From: the human T2T-CHM13v2.0 reference genome, Homo sapiens
Reading direction: 5' to 3' (one strand)
Assembly: GCF_009914755.1 (NCBI RefSeq)
Contig: NC_060927.1
Length of the DNA stretch: 64,000 nt
In this document: positions 35,185-59,801 of the stretch, piece after piece
Layout of the letters: every line of letters starts with the position of its first letter
Numbering within the stretch: the first letter of the stretch is position 1
Translations under genes and position numbers: made by a program
The notes under the pieces: generated by a model
What the model was told of the DNA's origin: nothing
The model's input: only the letters and a program-made list of their open reading frames with translations
The model's database searches: none

Positions 35185-36110
35185 GGCCGGGTGCACTTTG
35201 GGAGGCCGAGCCAGGCAGATCACCTGAGGCCAGGAATTCAAGACCAGCCTGGCCAACATGGAGAAACCCCCGCTTCTACTAAAAATACAAAATTAGCCAG
35301 GTATGGTGGCGCATGCCTGTAATCCCACCTACTCAGAAGGCTGAGGCAGGAGAATCACTTGAACCCGGGAAGCGGAGGTAGTGTTCAGCCGAGATCATGC
35401 CATTGTACTCCAGCCTGGGCAACAAGAGCAAAACACCGCCTCAAAAAAAAAAAAAAAGAAAAAAGAAAGAAAGAAAAGAAAAAACACGTGTCAGAATATT
35501 ATCCTTATAGTGGCTCCTGGTAAAACTGCTGAAGAGAAAAGAGAAAAAGAAGATAAGAAAGCTGTAATGTACATACACCTGAATTAGGATTACTGCTGAC
35601 CTTCAAGAAAGTATTATCTTCTTTGAAGTAGAAAAGCTGAAGTACAGACGTGGGAGGTTAAATACCACAATGAGCCTATGATAGAACTCAGCCTAGAGAG
35701 AACCTTTTCTCTAAGTGTGTCACCTAGTAGCTCCAAGTAAGTATAATTTAATGATTCTGTTAGCCTCTACTGTACTACAAACCATCTCAAAACTTTTATT
35801 TTTATTTTTATTTTTTGAGACAAGGTCTCACTCTGTCAACCAGGCAGGAGTACCGTGGTCTGATCTCGGCTCACTGCAGCCTTCACCTCCCGGGCTCAAG
35901 CAACCCTCCCACTTCAGCCCCCCAAGTACCTAGGACTACAAGCATGCACCACCACACCTGGCTAATTTTTGTTTTTTGTTTTTGTTTTTTTGGTAGAGAT
36001 GTGGTTTCACCATGTTGCCCAGGCTGGTCTCAAACTCCTGGGCTCAAGCGATCTCCCTGCCTCGGCCTCCCTAACTGCTGGGATTACAGGCATGAGCCAT
36101 TGCCTGGCCC
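35185..36110. repeat. Inverted Alu pair: 35185-35480 (+) and 35795-36110 (-)
   Basis: Opposite-orientation Alus about 315 bp apart. Confidence 0.88.
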
Positions 36111-36119
36111 CATCCCAAA

Positions 36120-36620
36120 ACTTATGGCTTAGAACAGTAAGCATTTATGTGTATGTAGCTCATGATTCTATGGGTTGGCAATTTGGGCCAGGCAGTTCTA
36201 CTGGCTTTGACTGGGCTCACTCATGTGTCTGTGGTGAATTGTCAGGTCAGCTGGGAGGCTGGCTGGTCCTAGGACGGTCTCATTCACGCACCTGACCACT
36301 GGCTGGCTATTAGCTAGAGCACCTTGCTTCTCCTCCACGTGGCCTCTATCCCTCCAGCAGGCCACCTTGGGCTTGTTCACATAGTGTTCTCAGGGTAACA
36401 AATGTAGCGAGAGAGCAAGTCCCAATGCACAAGTGATTTCCAGGCCTGTGCTGCATTATTCCTGCTAATGTTCCATCGGCCAAGCAAGTCACAGGCCAAC
36501 CCAGATTCTCGGGATTGAGAAATAGGCTTCACCTCTTGACAAGAGAATCTGCCACAGCACATCATAAGGGCGCAGATCTGGAGAGGGGAAGAATTGGTGG
36601 CAATTAAATTAAAAGGGTGC
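36120..36620 (-). mobile_element. Old MLT1 LTR fragment
   Basis: GGCTTAGAACAGTAAGCATTTA...GCTCATGATTCTATGGGTTGGCAATTTGGG...CAAGCAAGTCACAGGCCAACCCAGATTC. Confidence 0.65.
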
Positions 36621-37097
36621 AAATGTCATAAGGATTGGTCATCTAACCACTATCAATGTGGATAAGGGGGTGGTGAGAGATGAATTTTTTATAAGGCCCT
36701 TATCCCTTCCAGACCCAGGCAATATCAAAAGGAATGGAACTATAACTTTTGAAATAAATGTGATGATCCTGAATTATAGCTGTATGCTTATAGAACATAA
36801 CAAAATTACCTAATTTCTCATTTCTCATATAGCTTTATCTCACTTAATGTTATTGTGCTTCAGAAATGAATTTTGTAAAGTGAATCGCATCTCCCCACTG
36901 ACTTCCAGTAGCATTTCAAAGATTCAGTCTCAGAAAAGACATTTTACTAGCAATTGGCATTTCAGCCTCCTTCTCATAGCCCCCCATCCCTGAAGGGCGA
37001 TGAGTTTACCCACCAGGAAAGTGTCTGATGAAAACAGTCCTGAACTTTTGGAGGGGCATCATCCCTGGGAGCTGAACAAGTCCTTAAATATGCTTTT

Positions 37098-37355
37098 CAC
37101 TTTGGGAGGCCGAGGCGGGCAGATCACGAGGTCAAGAGATTGAGACCATCCTGGCCAACATGGTGAAACCCTGTCTCTACTAAAAATACAAAAATTAGCT
37201 GCACGTGGTGCTACACACCTGTAGTCCCAGCTACTCAGGAGGCTGAGGCAGGAGAATCACTTGAACCTGGGAGGCGGAGGATGCAGTGAGCTGAGATCAC
37301 GCCACTGCACTCCAGCCTGGGGGACAAAGCGAGACTCCGTCTAAAAAAAAAAAAA
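37098..37355 (+). repeat. 5'-truncated Alu (AluSc-like) preceding the TA array
   Basis: Starts CACTTTGGGAGG; GGTCAAGAGAT diagnostic; A-tail runs into the TA array. Confidence 0.88.
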
Positions 37356-39749
37356 ATTATATATATATATGAGATATATATATATGATACATATATATGA
37401 GATATATATGTGATACATATATATGAGATATATATGTGATACATATATATGAGATATATATGTGATACATATATATGAGATATATATGTGATACATATAT
37501 ATGAGATATATATGTGATACATATATATGAGATATATATGTGATACATATATATGAGATATATATGTGATGATACATATATATGAGATATATATGTGATG
37601 ATACATATATATGAGATATATATGTGATACATATATATGAGATATATATGTGATACATATATATGAGATATATATGATACATATATATGAGATATATATA
37701 TGATACATATATATGAGATATATATGATACATATATATGAGATATATATATGATACATATATATGAGATATATATATGATACATATATATGAGATATATA
37801 TATGATACATATATATGAGATATATATATGATACATATATATGAGATATATATATGATACATATATATGAGATATATATATGATACATATATATGAGATA
37901 TATATATGATACATATATATGAGATATATATATGATACATATATATGAGATATATATATGATACATATATATGAGATATATATATGATACATATATGAGA
38001 TATATATCATATATATGATATATATATGAGATATATATCATATATATATGAGATATATATGATATATATATGATATATATGAGATATATGAGATATATAT
38101 ATGAGATATATATATGAGATATATGAGATATATATATGAGATATATGAGATATATATGATATATATGAGATATATATGAGATATATATATGAGATATATA
38201 TGATATATATATGAGATATATATGATATATATACATATATATGAGATATATATGATATATACCATATATATGAGATATATATATGATATATACACATATA
38301 TATGATATATATGATATATATATGATATATAGATATATATGATATATATGATATATATATGATATATAGATATATATGAGATATATATGATATATATGAG
38401 ATATATATATGATATATATATGAGATATATATGATATATATGAGATATTTATATGATATATATATGAGATATATATATGATATATATGAGATATATATGA
38501 TATATATGAGATATATATATGACATATATATGAGATATATACATGATATATATGAGATATATACATGATATATATATGAGATATATACATGATATATATA
38601 TGAGATATATATATGATATATATATGAGATATATATCATATATATGAGATATATATATGATATATATATGAGATATATATATGATATATATATGAGATAT
38701 ATATGATATATATATGAGATATATATATGATATATATGAGATATATATATGATATATATGAGATATATATGATATATATGAGATATATATGATATATATA
38801 TGAGATATATGTGAGATATATATATGAGATATATGTGAGATATATGAGATATATGTGAGATATATATATGATATATATGTGAGATATATATGATATATAT
38901 GAGATATATATATGATATATATGAGATATATATATGATATATATGAGATATATGAGATATATATATGAGATATATATGAGATATATATGAGATATATATG
39001 ATATATATATGAGATATATATGATATATATGAGATATATATGATATATATATGAGATATATATGATATATATGAGATATATATGATATATGAGATATATA
39101 TATGAGATATATATGATATATATATGAGATATATATATGAGATATATATCATATATATGAGATATATACATGATATATATGAGATATATACATGAGATAT
39201 ATATGAGATATATATGATATATATGACATATATATGATATATATGATATATATGACATATATATCATATATATGATATATATGATATATATGACATATAT
39301 ATCATATATATGATATATATGACATATATATGATATATATGATATATGTGACATATATATCATATATATGACATATATGACATATATATCATATATATGA
39401 TATATGAGATATATATATCATATATATGAGATATATGATATATATATGATATATATGAGATATATATATGATATATATGAGATATATATATGATATATAT
39501 ATGAGATATATATATGAGATATATGAGATATATATATGAGATATATATGAGATATATATGAGATATATATGATATATATATGAGATATAGATGAGATATA
39601 TATGATATAGATGAGATATATATGATATAGATGAGATATATATGATGTATATATGAGATATATATATGATGTATATATATGATATGTATGAGATATATAT
39701 ATGATATATATGAGATATATATGAGATATATATATATATGAGATATATG
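37356..39749. repeat. ~2.4-kb complex TA-rich tandem array
   Basis: Starts as a 26-bp unit GATACATATATATGAGATATATAT(G/A)T, then becomes irregular GA(TA)n / GAGA(TA)n / GACA(TA)n blocks; directly follows an Alu A-tail. Confidence 0.97.
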
Positions 39750-40265
39750 TTTTTCTACCTGCCCCTGCTGGAGGCTTGGAGTACTTCTGTGGTGTCTGAT
39801 ACACAGAGAGACACTCTGCCTGTCACACAGATATTGAGGAATATCTTAGTAAAGGCATAGGTTTTTGTTGTTTTGATTGGAGTTCCTAAGAAATGATAAA
39901 TCAGAGACTCCTGTCCTGTTACCAAAGTTCTAACACACCCTCTCTGATCCATAAACTTAGATCTCCCCACAACTGTGTCTTTAAATAGTCAGGCTTGCCC
40001 CTATTGTTTGTTACTATTTCTAAGAAATTATTATGTAAGTAAAGTGTTTGCTTTCAGAGGAAATAAGATGAGGTAGGAGGTTGACTTCATGGCATTTCCT
40101 GCATTCTTTGATACACATTCAGATCAATTCCCTTAGCACTATCGCCCATCTGTTCAGATACATGTAGGTATCGGGGCACTGGATGAGAAATCTTTATCTT
40201 CTGTTAGTAATCAGAAAAAACACTTAACCCTTTTGTGAAATGAAAGAGAATACAGTACTCGCTAG

Positions 40266-42122
<1,857 letters not shown>

Positions 42123-43119
42123 TCATTATTCTTGAGTTGCGTACGATAGCATAAAACAAAAACAAAGGTGCCATTATTCACCTTAATTTTTGTAGCTTTG
42201 TACTAAGTACAAAAATTAAGCCTCCTTTGGGTTGTTAGATTCTGGATTCTTTTTCTGATGAACTCCTGAGATGAATAAGATGGCAGCCAGGGAACTCCTA
42301 TTGTGTTTGACTTTATCCTGCCCCAGTAGGGAAGACCTGGCTTTTTGGCAGGCACATTCTCTTTCTATAGTCCTCTTGTACCTGAGGCCTTGCCTCCTCC
42401 TGCCTGCTAAGATCCTCTCAACGTCAGTTATCAATCAATAGTTGTTAGCACCTGGTCTCCACTTTCCACCAAAACTTCGGTCAAGAGGTGCTGCCAAGAG
42501 TCCAGCTGACTCCTTCCTGAGAAAACGCGGCATTTGTTTTTCGTCAACAGCACATGTATAAAGATGTAGCCTATATGGAGCAGATGAACAAAGCAACCGA
42601 TTTCAATACAATGTTAGATTCTGCCAAAGCTATAGCTTCATTGCTAGACAATCACCCATTTCTCCAAATAGGCAATTACTGTTCCTGGTATTCAATTACA
42701 TTTGACATGAGTCTTTAGAAAACACTGTCACCCAATTCCAGATCCCAGTTGCCAGGTGGATCGTGTGCCTGGCTTTGAAGCTCTCTCACCCTGCTGCCTT
42801 TGCATCATTCTAGTGTTCTCTTGAGTGCCATTGTGACCGCCCAGAAATGCAGGGACTGGGAGTTGCGGAGACACCCCAACTGTGAGGTTAGACTCTGCTG
42901 CCTTAAAAGTAATCTTGTGAGGGAGCAGATACGTATGCAGAGGCTGGACACTCACATCAGGAGAGGAGTCGTGTGCCCAGAAAGGGTTGGACTGGACCCC
43001 ACTATGGCTTTTCTGATCCCATCTGATTTCCCTCTAATAAGCCCCCCAAATCTTGCTTCTCTACTCCTTAAGCTAGGCTGGAACTGGCTCAATTTCTTTT
43101 TTGTTGTTGTTATTTACTT

Positions 43120-43855
<736 letters not shown>

Positions 43856-43863
43856 GACATCTA

Positions 43864-44015
43864 TACAGTATTCCCCACTTATCCGTGGTACATTCCATGA
43901 CCCCCAGTGGATGCCTAAACCTTGAATAGTACGGAGCCTGACTGCTGTCCATCAGAACACGTTTCTTTTCATATCTTCCACCCACAAATGTAATGTCTCT
44001 TCTATCTTAACTAAG
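43864..44015. mobile_element. TcMar-Tigger (MER44/Tigger7-like) end fragment
   Basis: TA-CAGTATTCCCCACTTATCCGTGG...TTCCATGACCCCCAGTGGATGCCT terminal motif. Confidence 0.6.
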
Positions 44016-44928
44016 CTCTGTCTTTACTTTTTATTTTATTTTTTTATTTTTTGGAGCAACCCTATTAACTGATTAGCCTCTTATCAATACTGTGGACAGC
44101 AGGAGAGCAACGCTGGTTCTGTTCCAGGGTATCTCAGGCCTTGTAGTGAAACGATGGGAAATGCCCCTCCACTCCTAGGAAGGTGGCTTTGTCACAGGTC
44201 AGGCTCATGCAGGACTCCTCCCACCCTTAGCCTTCTCTCTCAGAGCTTCCTCGATAGCTGTGCAAATTGGCTGTGGGCTTGCCCATCCTCCCTTTCTTCA
44301 TATGTGCCCAGACATGGCTGAATTGCAGATTAAGCTCAAATTGGAACTCCTTTTCCATGAGATTCTAAGTATATAAAATGGAACTCGAAATCAACAAGTG
44401 CCAGGAATAGGATACCTTCGGGGGAAACACATTATTCATCAGTACCTGGTGTTTTCCCATACGTCCTTATTTCTGTTCACAGGAGGGAACTTCTTTTCCG
44501 GAAATCTACTTTCTTACAGATTTCAATCTTCAGAAAGTTCTCCTTGAGTTTCCCGTAATTATAAGCTAGATGTCAGGAGATTTATTTCCTCTAGAATTAA
44601 AACAAATCTCATCTGTGATATAAAATTCCTCACCACCAGAGGGAGGTACTCCTTTTCTCGTCCCTTCTTGGAGTATTTTAGTAGGATACAGTGACAGTTT
44701 TGCACAAAAGAGGATACTTCAAGACACAAATCTGACCCTCTTATTCTTTTTTGGTCTAACTACTTTCACTTGTCATTCTTTCGCCTCCTAAGGCTCAAAT
44801 ACTCCTCCTGCTCCATGACTTTGATCTGATGATTGAGAGAATAGCATTAGCAGGGGCTCAACCAAACTTTCGTTTACAGCTTAGATGCTGTCAAAGGCCC
44901 CTATCAAACAATGCAGTAGTGTATTCTG

Positions 44929-44966
44929 ATGAGATTGGGCACGTTCAGGGTGGTATGGCCATAGAC
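44929..44966 (-). pseudogene. 3'-truncated (tailless) 5S rRNA retropseudogene, nt 1-38
   Basis: Reverse complement GTCTATGGCCATACCACCCTGAACGTGCCCAATCTCAT versus 5S GTCTACGGCCATACCACCCTGAACGCGCCCGATCTCGT; 17-bp TSD at 44912-44928 / 44967-44983. Confidence 0.92.
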
Positions 44967-45217
44967 TGCAGTACTGTATTCTGGATCTTGGCTTTCTAAT
45001 GGCATTGTTGGATAGATTTGCTGCCTGAAAGTCAACCAACCAACAGAAACTTCTCTCCAGTGTTCAACCTATATGTGGGAAAATCTAGCATATTATAGAA
45101 TGATCATTTTTTGCATGATTAAAATATAATTTCCTCTATAAAAATAGATGAGAAACAGCTAATTTGGGGAAAACCTTCTATAAATCCACAATTACTTAAG
45201 AATAACTACTTACTTGA

Positions 45218-48027
<2,810 letters not shown>

Positions 48028-48050
48028 AAGACATGTTCACGAATAATCAC

Positions 48051-48423
48051 TGATATGGTTTGGCTCTGTGTCTCCACCCAAATCTCACCTCATATTGTAA
48101 CCCCCATAATCCCCATGTGTCAAGAACCAGGTGGAGGTAACTGGATCTTGGGGGCGGCTTCCCCCATGCTGTTTTTGTGATAATGGGTGAGTTCTCAGGA
48201 GATCTGATGGTTTTATAAACATCTGGCATTTCCCCTGCTTGCACTCAATCCATCCTGCCACCCTGTGAAGAAGGTGCCTGCTTCTCCTTTGCCTTCTGCC
48301 ATGATTGTAAATTTCCTGAGGCCTTCCCTGCCATGCAAAACTGTGAGTTAATTAAACCTCTTTCCTTTATAAATTACCCAGTGTCCAGTATTTCTTCTAG
48401 CAGTGTGAGAACAGACTAAGACA
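48051..48423 (+). mobile_element. THE1-type MaLR solo LTR
   Basis: TGATATGGTTTGGCTCTGTGTC...TATAAATTACCCAG...ACAGACTAAGACA; perfect 5-bp TSD ATCAC. Confidence 0.88.
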
Positions 48424-48431
48424 ATCACAGC

Positions 48432-49079
<648 letters not shown>

Positions 49080-49468
49080 ACCACTATATCACACAGGGTC
49101 TGGGCCGTGGCTAAGTGTAAATGAGTGATCATGGTGTTGGCTTTAACTGCATATTTCCATTAACATATGAGTCTATTCTACTGTATTCTTATTAAGATAG
49201 TGACAAATTATAGACAGATTTTTATCTGTGGCCCTCTTGGCTATTCTATATGGCTCATGGGCTCTTTAGGATAAACCAGGTGGAGAGCTTAGATTTCCCA
49301 CCTCCCGTTCCATTTTGTCTGAGTTACTGCACTGGACAAGGGAGGCTTAAACTAAGAGGGCCTTGGGCAAATGCTTTTGTGATCAATCATCCTGTTTCTT
49401 ATTTCATCAAGCGGACTTTTTTCTCCCGAAGTTGGTTGGCTGGGCTGACCCTGTGTTTTCTCTGACAG

Positions 49469-49585
49469 GCATGCGCTGGATATTCGTGAACACTATGAGC
49501 GGAAGCTTGAGCGGGCGAATAATTTATACATGGAATTGAGTGCCATCATGCTGCAGCTAGAAATGCGGGAGAAGGAGCTCATTAA
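49469..49585 (+). CDS. MAP3K13: MAP3K13 exon 9 (leucine zipper region)
   Basis: gacag|GCATGCG...ATTAA|gtatgt; [39 protein letters not shown]; 117 nt. Confidence 0.95.
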
Positions 49586-50062
49586 GTATGTATCCAGACT
49601 AGTGTCTGTTCTTACTGATTTGAGTCTGTCAATCAGCAGAAACATACTACCCTTCCATGTTGCTGCTACTCAGAACTGGCAGATATTTTATTCATTCACC
49701 CAACATTCCTTCCGGGATGTGCTATGCACAGGTCCCTGCCCCTGGCGAGGTATACAAATAAGTGGAGTTGCCACAGAGCAAGTTATAGGAGAACATGCAC
49801 TTGGCAGTCATTTGCTGCATAGGGAAGGGGTCCCCATTTCAAGAAGAGCACGGGGTGAAGACCGGGGAGCCGATTGCCCCCTGGGGAAATGTATTGGCTG
49901 CTGAAAGTGGTGTAAGGTACTCCTGATGGTGGCAAGAAAACCCTGGGAATCCTGACCAAATAAGCAGCTACTGAAAACAAGCAGGACTTCTGTCATTGTA
50001 TTATGTTGGGGAAATGAAAGTGAGTATTAGTGTCTCAGTGCATGAGCTGAAGAGCAGAATGA

Positions 50063-50479
<417 letters not shown>

Positions 50480-50546
50480 TGAAAATATTCTGCCTATCCT
50501 TTCTGTCTGCAATGACTGAGGTGTGGCTTTTGCCTTTATTCTGCAG

Positions 50547-50684
50547 GCGTGAGCAAGCAGTGGAAAAGAAGTATCCTGGGACCTACAAACGACACCCTGT
50601 TCGTCCTATCATCCATCCCAATGCCATGGAGAAACTCATGAAAAGGAAAGGAGTGCCTCACAAATCTGGGATGCAGACCAAACG
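50547..50684 (+). CDS. MAP3K13: MAP3K13 exon 10
   Basis: tgcag|GCGTGAG...AAACG|gtgaga; REQAVEKKYPGTYKRHPVRPIIHPNAMEKLMKRKGVPHKSGMQTKR; 138 nt. Confidence 0.95.
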
Positions 50685-51184
50685 GTGAGACACCTGTACA
50701 AACGCAGTATTCAGATAAATAGGGAAAGACCCACCCACAAATCCATTCTCACATGATGGCGGATGTGGCCTCTTCTTTAGCTCATCAGATGACTGTAGAG
50801 ATACTCAGTACTCTAGGTAAAACAGAGTAAGAAGGTGAGGGAGTATCACAAACTTTAGGAATCTAGCTTTTACATCTGTGGCATAAATATTTATTGTCTT
50901 AGCATGGAAAGAGAAATAAACTGGGGGCCAGACAGACCTGGATGCAAATCCTGGACCTGCCTTATAAGCTGTGTGAGTTGACCTCTGTCAACCCCAGTGT
51001 CCTCATGGATAAAATGGTACAATTACAGCACATGAGATTTCTTTTTATTTTTCTGACCTCTAGGACACAGAATTGGGTTAGTCATAATTCTTGATTTACA
51101 ACACAATAGACCATGCATGGCTTACTTTTATTCACACATTTAGTTCGTTCTTTTTAATAATGTGGAAAGTACCTGCAAACTCAC

Positions 51185-51919
<735 letters not shown>

Positions 51920-53404
51920 CTCATCATGGAAACAAAAGCAGGGCCTTTGATAATTACCTATATCTAACCATATGGGTTCCCCTCATTGTACCCTAGCATG
52001 GGAGTTTTGTGAAGTTTAAATATGATAACATGTATAACATGTGAAATCATCTATCAAATCATAGGTGCTCGAAAAATGTATTTTGGGATAGTTTAAAAAA
52101 AGATTGCCCTTTCCCCTTTTTACTACATATTTGCCTTGTATTAGTTTAATCTTGGAATTCTCTTCCTCTCATTTTTCCTTACCAAACTCTGTAGAGACTC
52201 ATTCCTCAATAACAGAGGGTTGGCTCTCTCCTAGCTAAGTTAATGTAAAGGGAAGGAAGGTCCCTAAACCTAGGGTATAGACCTAATAGTGAGATGTGAG
52301 TTAAATGCAGTAAGAATAGAGCTAATGAGAGAACACAAACCAAGAATGTATTATGACTCTATCAGAATGGCAGTCATTCTACCATAGCTGGACTAATAGG
52401 TACCTAACTTCTAACGAGTAACTACACGGACTAATTCCAATTTTGCTTTTACCTTCTGCCCCAACCATCTAATGGTCAAGTTCTGAGAAACTTTTTTCAG
52501 ATTCCACCTGACACAATCCTTGGGGTTGGGGGAAATCCCAACACCCCTTTTCTTTTGTTGTACTAATTAGGGACAGAGTCTGCCCGATGGCTGCTCCCTG
52601 CCTTCTGCCTACAGTTAAAACTAAGAGCGCTGGGGGAGAAAATAGAACTATTTAGCTTTTTCAAATATGAGCTCATGTTTGCTTTTATTTTGGCTATGAG
52701 AAATGTTTGAAAGAGTTTGACAACACAAGTAGATGCTTAGTCAATGAGCTAGCTGAACACGAGGAAGGCAACCTGCAAAGAGCTGTACTGTCAGCTGATT
52801 GTCCCTTGAAGGACTTCCGTTTCAGATGATTTGGACAGTCCAATGATTACCTAGTGAGAAGTCTGGAGACCTTGAAGGAAATTAGAGAGGAGAAACCATT
52901 CAACCATCCTTAAGCCCAGGTTTCAGTTTATGTTTAGTTAGAGACTAAAAAGAGTGTCAAGTTCAGTCATGGACATTTCCAGCCTGTCATAAGTGAGTAC
53001 AGTCCAAAAAGATAGTCTAAATACCCTGTAATAATGAGAGGCTTGAAATGGGGAAGAACTATGCCTTGGGGTCAACGGACTTGGGTTCAAGTTATGAGTT
53101 CTGCCACTTGCTGGCTTTGTGATGGATACAACCCAGCATAACCTCTGATCCTCAGTGCACTTCTCCATCAAATGGGTATTGTAATAGTAGGAACAAAGTG
53201 CTTTCTGCAGTACAAATTGGCCAGCTGACCACAGAATTTTGAATCTGGGACAGGAAGCTGCCAATAGCAGACAATACCCTACCCACCTTATCATAAACCC
53301 TTAATACCTGGAACTTCCATGCTAAGACAAGTCCTTAACTGTACTTTTCCTGTAAACGAAGAAAAACCCATCTCCTGCTGCCTGCTGCCTACTTATGAGC
53401 TGTG

Positions 53405-53550
53405 GCTGTTCAATGTGTGGCCTCACTTTAGCATCATCTGAGAGCTTGTTATACTTGCAGGCTCTTAGGCCCCACCCCAGACCTACTAAATCAAAGTCTT
53501 CGTGTTTAACAAGCTCCCCGGGTGATTTGTATGTGCCTTCAAGTTTGAAC
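53405..53550. mobile_element. MER5A-like hAT fragment
   Basis: GCATCATCTGAGAGCTTGTT...GGCCCCACCCCAGACCTACTAAATCA...TTTAACAAGCTCCCCGGGTGATT. Confidence 0.7.
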
Positions 53551-54491
53551 TCTGACCTTCAATAAACCAGATTGAAAATTAGGAGAGACTTTTTGTCTGG
53601 ATTCTACCACTAATGAGCTATGAGAGCATCAGCCATTTTGGCTGGGCTGTGAGCTCTTTGTCACATATGGTGAAGACAGGACTGTACCTGTGGTTTCCAA
53701 GCAAAGCCTGGAACACCCAAGGGCTTGTACAGAGGTTTCTCAGAGGCTATTGCAGGGGTAGGAAGGACAAGGAGGGGGAACCTGGGAACTCTGCAGAGAA
53801 GGGCTTCTGCTCTCCACTTCAACCGGTTCCACTATACCTTTTTTATTTATTGCATTTCTCATAATAATTCGAGAGGATTCTGTTGTTAAAAACAAAAAAG
53901 TCTGGGCCCATCACCTGTAAAATTTCATGCTGACTTGTGTCTTTCTGGTCCAAAGAAGGGTAAGGCTACTTGCTGGTAGGAAGAAAGCAGTGGTTCTTCC
54001 TGGTAATCCTAGAGGCTCTGCCCTGAATCAGTTCATCAGTTTAGAAACCATTTATTGTTCACCTGCAGGCCTTGGAGTCAGTGTGGGCAAGGTGTAACTT
54101 CAGGCCTCTGATTTTCTTTTGCACGTAATCTTCACAACTGGCCCAGTGAAGACTTGAAAACAGGACTGTGAAAGAACTCCCTCCCTTTAGGATCAAAGTG
54201 AAATGCCAGTGTCACTCCGCACTAGCCCGTCTCTTCCTGCTTCTACTCAACCTCCTGCTGAGCTCTGTCTTTCCTCCTTCTCTGACCCCTCCCTTCCTTT
54301 TCCTTCCTTCAAGCTTCTCTGAGTACTCACTATAAACAAGAGTCCTTGCTTTCTAGGGTGAGGTGTAGGATATAATACAGAAGGAATAACAGAAATCCTC
54401 TGTAAGTGGACATGTAGGTTGTTTCCAGCTTTTTGCTATTTCAAAAAATACTGTAACATAACATCATCAAACATGTATTTTGATGCACATA

Positions 54492-56564
<2,073 letters not shown>

Positions 56565-56698
56565 TACGTTATCTCTATTGGATAAATCCTGATGACTGCT
56601 GATTCAAAGGCTCTGTGTATTTTAAGTCTTAGGATACATTTCCCCAAACTTGAATGTGTTTTCATGTGTTTCAGATTAAACCTGTTCTTTCCTCCCAG

Positions 56699-57485
56699 GC
56701 CAGACTTGTTGAGATCAGAAGGGATCCCCACCACAGAAGTGGCTCCCACTGCATCCCCTTTGTCCGGAAGTCCCAAAATGTCCACTTCTAGCAGCAAGAG
56801 CCGATATCGAAGCAAACCACGCCACCGCCGAGGGAATAGCAGAGGCAGCCATAGTGACTTTGCCGCAATCTTGAAAAACCAGCCAGCCCAGGAAAATTCA
56901 CCCCATCCCACTTACCTGCACCAAGCTCAATCCCAATACCCTTCTCTTCATCACCATAATTCTCTGCAGCAGCAATACCAGCAGCCCCCTCCTGCCATGT
57001 CCCAGAGTCACCATCCCAGACTCAATATGCACGGACAGGACATAGCAACCTGCGCCAACAACCTGAGGTATTTCGGCCCAGCAGCAGCCCTGCGGAGCCC
57101 ACTCAGCAACCATGCTCAGAGACAGCTGCCCGGCTCGAGCCCTGACCTCATCTCCACAGCCATGGCTGCAGACTGCTGGAGAAGTTCTGAGCCTGACAAG
57201 GGCCAAGCTGGTCCCTGGGGCTGTTGCCAGGCTGACGCTTATGACCCCTGCCTTCAGTGCAGGCCAGAACAGTATGGGTCCTTAGACATACCCTCTGCTG
57301 AGCCAGTGGGGAGGAGCCCTGACCTTTCCAAGTCACCAGCACATAATCCTCTCTTGGAAAACGCCCAGAGTTCTGAGAAAACGGAAGAAAATGAATTCAG
57401 CGGCTGTAGGTCTGAGTCATCCCTCGGCACCTCTCATCTCGGCACCCCTCCAGCGCTACCTCGAAAAACAAGGCCTCTGCAGAAG
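56699..57485 (+). CDS. MAP3K13: MAP3K13 exon 11 (long S/P/Q/H-rich disordered C-terminal region)
   Basis: cccag|GCCAGAC...AGAAG|gtaaag; PDLLRSEGIPTTEV...PRKTRPLQK within ORF 56592-57605; 787 nt. Confidence 0.95.
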
Positions 57486-57739
57486 GTAAAGTGTAATGAT
57501 GAGAGTGGCCTGCGTCACTGCCTTCAAAGAATGCCAGAGCCTGTCATGTTATACACATTAGAGAGCATATGTAAAAAGTATACATTTTGTAAAAGGACAA
57601 GATAACAGAAACATAAATAGAAATTTATTTTACTTTAAATTCGTTCTTTCCACACTGTTTAAGTGATAAACTACGGAATACACTTTAGCAACTACTGAAC
57701 CAGAGGACTGAGTCAAGTGTATGTATAATAACTTATTTA

Positions 57740-59801
<2,062 letters not shown>

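Noticed and set aside
37356-38000. Regular 26-bp repeats resembling a CRISPR array
   Set aside because: No unique spacers, no cas genes, and the DNA is human; it is a minisatellite.
37235-39804. Long minus-strand ORFs (up to 451 aa) rich in I/Y/S/H
   Set aside because: Artefact of the TA array, which rarely makes stop codons on that strand; all frames give the same low-complexity text.
44020-44900. T-rich tract followed by unique sequence, as a possible minus-strand processed pseudogene
   Set aside because: No recognisable ORF, poly(A) signal at the expected distance, or TSD.
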